Part shown: in pieces, positions 4,949-10,398 of the stretch | Position numbering within the stretch: the first letter of the stretch is position 1 | Layout: each line of letters begins with the position of its first letter | Origin: Candidatus Methylomirabilis sp. | GTDB lineage: Bacteria > Methylomirabilota > Methylomirabilia > Methylomirabilales > Methylomirabilaceae | Reading direction: 5' to 3' | Assembly: GCA_041498975.1 (NCBI GenBank) | Contig: JBGQJI010000089.1 | Coordinates: 1-10,398 of the forward strand | Length of the DNA stretch: 10,398 nt | The notes under the pieces: model-generated | What the model was told of the DNA's origin: nothing | The model's input: only the letters and a program-made list of their open reading frames with translations | The model's database searches: none | Position numbers and translations under genes: made by a program

Positions 4949-7900
4949 ATGGCAGTTTCCAGGCGTGACTTCCTGAAAGTATCAGGGGCTACAACGGCCG
5001 GTGCTGCGTTAGGGGGGCTCGCTGGCCTCGGGTTTGACATGAAGCCGGTTCAGGCGGCCGCCACGTCGCTTCGCATCAAGAACGCGAAGGCCGTTCCTGG
5101 GATCTGTCCCTATTGTGCGGTTGGGTGCGCTCAGCTCGTCTATGTGGCAAACAACAAGATCATCGACATCGAGGGCGACCCCGATTGCCCGCATACTGAG
5201 GGGGCGCTCTGTCCGAAGGGCTCCTCGACCTTCCAGCTCTCGATCAACGAGACCCGGATCACCAAACCGCTCTACAGGGCTCCGGGCAGCGAGAAGTGGG
5301 AGGAGAAGCCTCTCGACTGGATGATGAATCGGATCGCCAAACTGGTCAAGAAGACGCGCGACAAGACCTTTGTCGAGCAAGACAAGGGGATCACGGTGAA
5401 TCGCTGTGACGGCGTTGCGGTCATGGGCTCCTCGGTGTTGGACAACGAGGAGAACTATCTGATCGCCAAACTGGCGAGATCGATGGGTGTCGTCTACCTG
5501 GAAAACTCAGCCAGGATTTGCCACTCCGCCACCGTCCCGGCCCTCGGCACGACGTTCGGCCGCGGCGCTATGACCACGAACCTGATCGACGTGATCAACG
5601 CCGATGTGATCATGCCCACCTCTAACTGGGCGGAGTGCCACCCGGTCAGCTACAAGTGGGTGATGAAGGCGAAGGAGCGCGGGGCGAAGATCATCCACGT
5701 CGATCCCCGCTTCACGCGGACGTCGGCCACGGCAGACATCTGGGCCCCGATCCGCTCCGGCACGAACATCGTCTTCTTTGGCGGGCTGATCAACTACGCT
5801 ATCCAGCGCAAGAAGTATTTTCACGACTATGTGGTGGCGTTCACCAACGCGTCCTTCCTCATTGACCCCGCCCTCAAGACCCCGACCGACCTGGGCGGCC
5901 TGTTCACCGGGTACGATCCGACCAAGCGGAACTACGACAAGGGGAGTTGGAGATACCAGCTTGACGCCGACGGCAACGTGAAGCGCGATCCCACCCTGCA
6001 GGATCCCAACTGCGTCTTCCAGCTCCTGAAGCGCCATTACAGCCGGTACACCCCCGATATGGTGGAGCGGGTCTGTGGCCTGCCCAAGGCGAAGTTCCTC
6101 CAGGTAGCAGATATCTACTGCTCGGCCAGCGGTCCGGATAAGACCGGGACCATCTCTTACGCGTTGCAGCTCAACCAGTCGAGCAATGGGGTTCAGCAGA
6201 TCCGCTCCCTCTGCATGCTTCAACTGGTGCTCGGCAACGTCGGGCGCCCTGGAGGAGGGGTCGTTGCCCTCCGCGGCCACAGCAACGTCCAGGGGGCGAC
6301 GGACATGGGTACCCTCTACCACATGCTGCCCGGCTACCCGGGGATGCCGCTTCGAGACGCCAATCCCACTTTCAAAGACTACATCGACAAGGAGACGCCG
6401 AAGACCGGCTATTGGACCACAAAGACAGCCCACATCATCAGCCAGTTAAAGGCCTGGTACGGCGACGCCGCCACGAAGGAGAACGACTGGGCATACGACT
6501 ACCTCCCGAAGCGGGCGAGCGCCGACGATTACTCCCATCAGCATATGCTGGTCGATATGGTCAAAGGTAAGGTCAAGGGGTTCATCTGTATTGGGCAGAA
6601 CCCTGGCGTGGATAGCCCCAATGCTGGTATGGGGCGTCATGGGTTTTCGAAGCTCGAGTGGATGGTTGTTCAGGACCTGTTTATCACCGAGACTGCGGAG
6701 TTCTGGAACGAGAAAGCGGTCCACGGTAAAGACCAGTCCGTCGATCCGAAGACGATCCAGACCGAGGTGTTTCTCCTGCCGGGCGCTCCGGCGGCGGAAA
6801 AGGACGGGTCGATCACCAATACGATGCGGTTGATCCAGTGGCACAGCAAGGCGGTAGAGCCACCGGGCGATGCAAGGTCGGATGCCGCGTTACTCTATGA
6901 TCTCGGCTTGCGTCTGAAGAAGCTGTATGCTGGCTCCAAAGCGAAGAAGGACAGGCCGATCCTGGATCTGGTCTGGGACTACCAGCACGACCCGAAAGAC
7001 CGGAAGGTCGAGCCCAAAATGGAACTGGTCCTCAAAGAAGTCAATGGGTACGCGACCCGCGATATCCTGGACAAGGAAGGCAAGGTCGTCCTCAAGAAGG
7101 GCCAGCCTCTGCCCGGGTTTCCTGCCATCAAGGACGACGGCTCGATCGCGTGTGGCAACTGGATCTACTCCGGTGTGTACCCTGAGGAGGGAAAGAATCT
7201 GGCGGCCCGGCGCGAGAAGGCCACCACCCCAGGCGACTACATGAACCACAATTGGGGTTTTGCCTGGCCGGCCAACCGCCGGATCCTCTATAACCGGGCC
7301 TCGGCCGATGCTTCGGGCAAACCCTGGAGCGAGAAAAAGAAGTTGATCTGGTGGGATCCGGAGCAAAAGAAGTGGGTTGGCGGCGACGTGCCAGACTTTA
7401 AGGCCGATCTGGCGCCCGATTCGCCGAAACTGAAAGAGGGGCCGTTCAGGGGGCTGGGTGGGCTGGATGCCTTCATCATGCGGCCGGACGGCAAGGGGGC
7501 ACTGTTCGGACCCCTGGCCGACGGTCCGTTTCCAGAGCACTATGAGCCGTTCGAGTCGCCCACCCACAATCTCCTCTCCAAGGTGAATACTAACCCGGTG
7601 GCGAAGGTGTGGGAGATCGGTGACCTGAACAAGCTGGGCAAACCGGATCAGTACCCGATCGTCCTCACCACCTACCGACTGACCGAGCACCACGCTGCCG
7701 GCATGTCGCGTCACGTCCCGTGGCTGTCGGCGATGTTCGAGGGCCACTTCGCTGAGATCAGCCATGAGCTGGCGGAGGAAAGGGGAATCAAGAACGGCGA
7801 CATGATCACCGTCTCAACCCCCCGGGCCAAGATCCACCTCCGGGCCATGGTGACCAAGCGGTTCCGTCCGTTTATCATCAATGGGAAGAAGGTGCACCAT

Positions 7901-8053
7901 ATCGGAATCCCCTGGCACTGGGGCTGGTTGGGTGTGATGCCAAGCGCCATCGGTGACGTGACAAACGACCTGATTGCCAGCATCGGCGATCCGACTACGT
8001 ATATCCAGGAGAGCAAGGCGCTCCTTTGCGAAGTGAAGAAGGGGGAGGTGTAA
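4949..8053 (+). CDS. fdnG: Formate dehydrogenase-N-like alpha (catalytic) subunit, Tat-exported Mo/W-bisPGD enzyme, Cys-containing (1034 aa)
   Basis: SD AAAGGAG before ATG4949, twin-arginine signal SRRDFLK, [4Fe-4S] motif CPYCAVGC...LCPKG, ARICH (Cys at the Sec position, TGC 5519-5521), TFGRGAM, VDPRFTRTS, ALRGHSNVQG, WPANRRILYNRASAD, PFPEHYEP, TTYRLTEH and GIPWHWG. Confidence 0.92.
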   Translation: MAVSRRDFLKVSGATTAGAALGGLAGLGFDMKPVQAAATSLRIKNAKAVPGICPYCAVGCAQLVYVANNKIIDIEGDPDCPHTEGALCPKGSSTFQLSINETRITKPLYRAPGSEKWEEKPLDWMMNRIAKLVKKTRDKTFVEQDKGITVNRCDGVAVMGSSVLDNEENYLIAKLARSMGVVYLENSARICHSATVPALGTTFGRGAMTTNLIDVINADVIMPTSNWAECHPVSYKWVMKAKERGAKIIHVDPRFTRTSATADIWAPIRSGTNIVFFGGLINYAIQRKKYFHDYVVAFTNASFLIDPALKTPTDLGGLFTGYDPTKRNYDKGSWRYQLDADGNVKRDPTLQDPNCVFQLLKRHYSRYTPDMVERVCGLPKAKFLQVADIYCSASGPDKTGTISYALQLNQSSNGVQQIRSLCMLQLVLGNVGRPGGGVVALRGHSNVQGATDMGTLYHMLPGYPGMPLRDANPTFKDYIDKETPKTGYWTTKTAHIISQLKAWYGDAATKENDWAYDYLPKRASADDYSHQHMLVDMVKGKVKGFICIGQNPGVDSPNAGMGRHGFSKLEWMVVQDLFITETAEFWNEKAVHGKDQSVDPKTIQTEVFLLPGAPAAEKDGSITNTMRLIQWHSKAVEPPGDARSDAALLYDLGLRLKKLYAGSKAKKDRPILDLVWDYQHDPKDRKVEPKMELVLKEVNGYATRDILDKEGKVVLKKGQPLPGFPAIKDDGSIACGNWIYSGVYPEEGKNLAARREKATTPGDYMNHNWGFAWPANRRILYNRASADASGKPWSEKKKLIWWDPEQKKWVGGDVPDFKADLAPDSPKLKEGPFRGLGGLDAFIMRPDGKGALFGPLADGPFPEHYEPFESPTHNLLSKVNTNPVAKVWEIGDLNKLGKPDQYPIVLTTYRLTEHHAAGMSRHVPWLSAMFEGHFAEISHELAEERGIKNGDMITVSTPRAKIHLRAMVTKRFRPFIINGKKVHHIGIPWHWGWLGVMPSAIGDVTNDLIASIGDPTTYIQESKALLCEVKKGEV

Positions 8054-8055
8054 AC

Positions 8056-8838
8056 ATGGCCAGAACCCTTGCGATGTTCACCGATACCTCGGTCTGTATC
8101 GGCTGCCGAGCCTGCGAGGTGGCGTGTAAACAGTGGAACCAACTGCCGGCGGAGACGCCACAGTGGACCGGAAGCTACCAGACCCAGTCGCACTTCACCG
8201 ACAAGACGTGGCGCCACGTCAAGTTCATCGAGAAAGAGGATGAGCGCAGCGAGCCCAAGTGGCTCCTGATGAGCGATGTCTGCAAGCACTGCAACCAGGC
8301 TGGCTGCCTGGAGGCGTGTCCAACCGGGGCCATCTACCGCACGCCGTTCGGCACTGTGGATATCAGCCAGGATGTCTGCAATGGTTGCCGCTATTGCGTG
8401 TCGGCCTGTCCCTTCGGGGTCGTGGCTTTCAACCACGGGACGGGGCGGGTCAACAAGTGCACCTTCTGTGTGGATCGGACCTCGGATGGGATGCAGACCG
8501 CCTGCGCCAAGACCTGCCCGACAAAATCGATCGAATTTGGGTTCCGGGACGAGCTGGCCGCGAAGGCGAAGAAGCGGCTGGCCGAGCTTCACGCTCAAGG
8601 GGTCAAGGAAGCCTCCCTGTACGGGGAGGATGAGAACGGCCCGCTTGGCGGCCTGAATGCCTTCTTCCTCCTCTTGGACAAGCCGGAGGTCTACGGCCTG
8701 CCAGCGGAGCCGAAGCTGCCCCAGAAGCCGGTCGTCAAAGACGCCGGCCTGAGCATCGGAGCCGCCCTCCTGGTCGGGCTTGGCGCGATCGTCGCCTTCC
8801 GGGAGCGAGGTGGCGGAGACGAGGGAGGGGAGGAATAG
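8056..8838 (+). CDS. fdnH: Formate dehydrogenase iron-sulfur beta subunit (FdnH/FdhB type; 4x[4Fe-4S], C-terminal TM anchor), 260 aa
   Basis: SD GGAGGT overlaps the end of alpha, ATG at 8056. Sixteen Cys in four groups (CIGCRACEVAC, CKHCNQAGCLEACP, CNGCRYCVSACP, KCTFC...CAKTCP) and a hydrophobic C-terminal helix AGLSIGAALLVGLGAIVAF. Confidence 0.9.
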   Translation: MARTLAMFTDTSVCIGCRACEVACKQWNQLPAETPQWTGSYQTQSHFTDKTWRHVKFIEKEDERSEPKWLLMSDVCKHCNQAGCLEACPTGAIYRTPFGTVDISQDVCNGCRYCVSACPFGVVAFNHGTGRVNKCTFCVDRTSDGMQTACAKTCPTKSIEFGFRDELAAKAKKRLAELHAQGVKEASLYGEDENGPLGGLNAFFLLLDKPEVYGLPAEPKLPQKPVVKDAGLSIGAALLVGLGAIVAFRERGGGDEGGEE

Positions 8839-8908
8839 TCATGCCAAACCTGCACAGGCAGCGGGTCGCGGGCTTGGTCCCTGATAAGATGAAATGGGAG
8901 GGGAGCGG

Positions 8909-9184
8909 ATGCAAACCAGCCGTGAAGTGATGGGCATGATTACAAGTGTCGATCTCAAAGCGGGGCATGTCCGGCTGAAGGAGGATGAGGAGTCGTTCTG
9001 CACCCTCTGTTGCGGCAGCGGGACCCACATTCTTGGGGAACAGGAGCCCGTTGCCCTCGAGGGCCTCCAGGCGGGCGACTACATTCGAAGCGAGTGCGTG
9101 ACGGGCGAAGACGGACGGTTGGTGGCCTCGAAGATCGTGCTGCTCAGACCTGCTTGGAGAATGCTGGAAAGCCCCGAGATGTAG
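8909..9184 (+). CDS. Small hypothetical OB-fold-like (DUF5666-like) protein, 91 aa
   Basis: Purine-rich SD (GGAGGGGAG) before ATG8909 (alternative ATG8894). The pattern GxITSVD...T-x-I...LEGLQAGDYIR...DGRLVASKIVL resembles DUF5666 repeats. Has a CTLCC cluster and no signal peptide. Confidence 0.65.
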   Translation: MQTSREVMGMITSVDLKAGHVRLKEDEESFCTLCCGSGTHILGEQEPVALEGLQAGDYIRSECVTGEDGRLVASKIVLLRPAWRMLESPEM

Positions 9185-9265
9185 TTGGCGGGCCGCCATC
9201 GCGCGTGAGAAGAGGGGTCCTAGCCCTCGCGCTGGTGACCCCGCTCTGGAGCGGGAATCACATCG

Positions 9266-10111
9266 ATGCTGAAGGATTGTGCATGGGAAGTGATCGCTAC
9301 CGCATTCGACAAGGCCCGCGCGAGGCAGCCGGACCTGTCGGAGATGCTCGACTTTTCCGAGAAGATGGTGAAGCAGCAGTACGACGCGACGGTGGATGTG
9401 GACCACAGTTCGTTCGACGAAGCTCTCTTGTTGGACCGATCACGACGCGGCGAGCCGTTGCTCCCGCGCGAAGAGTTTCGTCTCGTTCTGGCCTCTGGCG
9501 AAGCGCTCTTCCGACGCCTCTGCCGGCTGGCCCAGGAGCGGGGGGGCTCGGTGCAGGCGGCTGCTCTAGAAATCGAGTCGGCGCTGGAGTCTGAAGCGCT
9601 CGACCTTCAAAACCTCCTTCGAGGCGCGGTGGCCGAGGAGGGCTATCCGTTCGCCGTGGCCGACCGACTCGCGCTCGACCCTGAGTTGCTGAACACCCTT
9701 GCCGAGGCCAGCATCCGCCCGGGCGTCCAGGCGTGCGCCAAATCCGTCGGAAGGCTGGTGGAAAATGAGAGATGGCTCAGGGCGATCTGTCCTGTGTGCG
9801 GGTCGGAGCCCAAGTTTGCCGAGTTGCGCGGAGAGGACCTTGCCGCATCCAAGTATTTGCACTGCGGCTTCTGTGGGTGGGCCTGGCCTGCCCGGCGCCT
9901 CGTCTGCCATTTCTGCGATAACAAGGATCACAACCGTCTGCAGACGCTCATCATCGAGAATCATCTGCAGTGCAAGCTTGAGGTGTGTGACGTGTGTCGC
10001 CGCTACGTCAAGGTGGTGGACAACAAGGAATTCATCGGCCTTATCCCGGAGATCGAGGTGCTCATCACGCCCCATCTGGATTTGGCGGCGATGGGGCGTG
10101 GCTACCATTGA
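9266..10111 (+). CDS. fdhE: Formate dehydrogenase accessory/maturation protein FdhE
   Basis: Helical N-terminus, then the four CxxC pairs of FdhE: WLRAICPVCGSEP, YLHCGFCGWAW, RLVCHFCDN, EVCDVCRRYVKVVD, ending HLDLAAMGRGY. Located in the fdh operon. Confidence 0.92.
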   Translation: MLKDCAWEVIATAFDKARARQPDLSEMLDFSEKMVKQQYDATVDVDHSSFDEALLLDRSRRGEPLLPREEFRLVLASGEALFRRLCRLAQERGGSVQAAALEIESALESEALDLQNLLRGAVAEEGYPFAVADRLALDPELLNTLAEASIRPGVQACAKSVGRLVENERWLRAICPVCGSEPKFAELRGEDLAASKYLHCGFCGWAWPARRLVCHFCDNKDHNRLQTLIIENHLQCKLEVCDVCRRYVKVVDNKEFIGLIPEIEVLITPHLDLAAMGRGYH

Positions 10112-10176
10112 TGCCGTCCAATGCGTCCCGGTCCTAAGCCTTAATGGGTGGGGCGCACCGTGGCGTGGGGACAGCG

Positions 10177-10398
10177 GTGCCGAGAAAAAAGAAGATCGAC
10201 GAGTTGGTCGTGGTTAAGCTCCTGAATCGGGCCAAGGCGCGACTCGATGATCCGGTCGAGTTAAATCGAACATTGCGAGAGGTCGCGAAGTTCTTCGACC
10301 CTCTGACCGGGAAGGCGATGATCGAGGGCTCCGCTCGGCAGCAGATCGTGATGCTTGCCGAGCGAGGCAACAAGGCTGAAGCGGTCGCCGCCATCGAA
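10177..10398 (+). CDS. Hypothetical protein, 3'-truncated by the window end
   Basis: Open frame from GTG10177 (in-frame ATG10144) to the window end: MPRKKKIDELVVVKLLNRAKARLDDPVELNRTLREVAKFFDPLTGKAMIEGSARQQIVMLAERGNKAEAVAAIE. Protein-like amphipathic helices and a GGGGA SD-like sequence. Absent from the ORF track because it has no stop in the window. Confidence 0.65.
   Translation, partial: MPRKKKIDELVVVKLLNRAKARLDDPVELNRTLREVAKFFDPLTGKAMIEGSARQQIVMLAERGNKAEAVAAIE

Noticed and set aside
5522..5580. Relic SECIS element after the catalytic Cys codon
   Set aside because: Only short GC pairings expected by chance; no convincing hairpin by eye.
5009..8598. Long minus-strand ORFs (5507-6433, 6890-7765, 7711-8598 and others) within the fdh genes
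   Set aside because: Antisense shadows of GC-rich coding sequence with no recognisable motifs.
9699..10394. ORFs 9699-10217 (+) and 10134-10394 (-)
   Set aside because: The first is an alternative frame over fdhE. The second is antisense to the more protein-like truncated plus-strand ORF from 10177.
1..10398. Taxonomic assignment and Mo-versus-W metal specificity
   Set aside because: No marker gene or metal-specific transporter is in the window, so neither can be supported from this sequence alone.

Overview
GC-rich bacterial chromosomal window with no transposase, phage, CRISPR, rRNA or tRNA signal. The left half holds envelope and metabolic genes: a small Zn-ribbon ORF, a DUF748/AsmA-like protein, a Met/His-rich Spy/CpxP/ZraP-type periplasmic protein, a minus-strand PdxA/PdxA2-family dehydrogenase, a BON-domain lipoprotein and a small membrane protein. 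A nested REP-like palindrome follows. The right half is a Tat-exported Mo/W-bisPGD formate-dehydrogenase-like operon: an FdnG/FdhA-type alpha subunit with Cys instead of Sec and several altered near-cofactor motifs, a 4x[4Fe-4S] beta subunit with a C-terminal anchor, a small Cys-containing DUF5666-like ORF where a membrane gamma/NrfD subunit would normally sit, fdhE, and a truncated ORF. The most notable non-coding signal is upstream of the operon. A perfect FNR-type box (TTGAT-CCGG-ATCAA) overlaps a TTGACA-17-TAAGTT promoter and is also centred at -41.5 relative to a second candidate -10 (TATTCT). It is followed by a ~200-nt leader with anti-SD pairing options and a loose resemblance to the Moco RNA motif. 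All family assignments come from motif recognition by eye; no database search was run.
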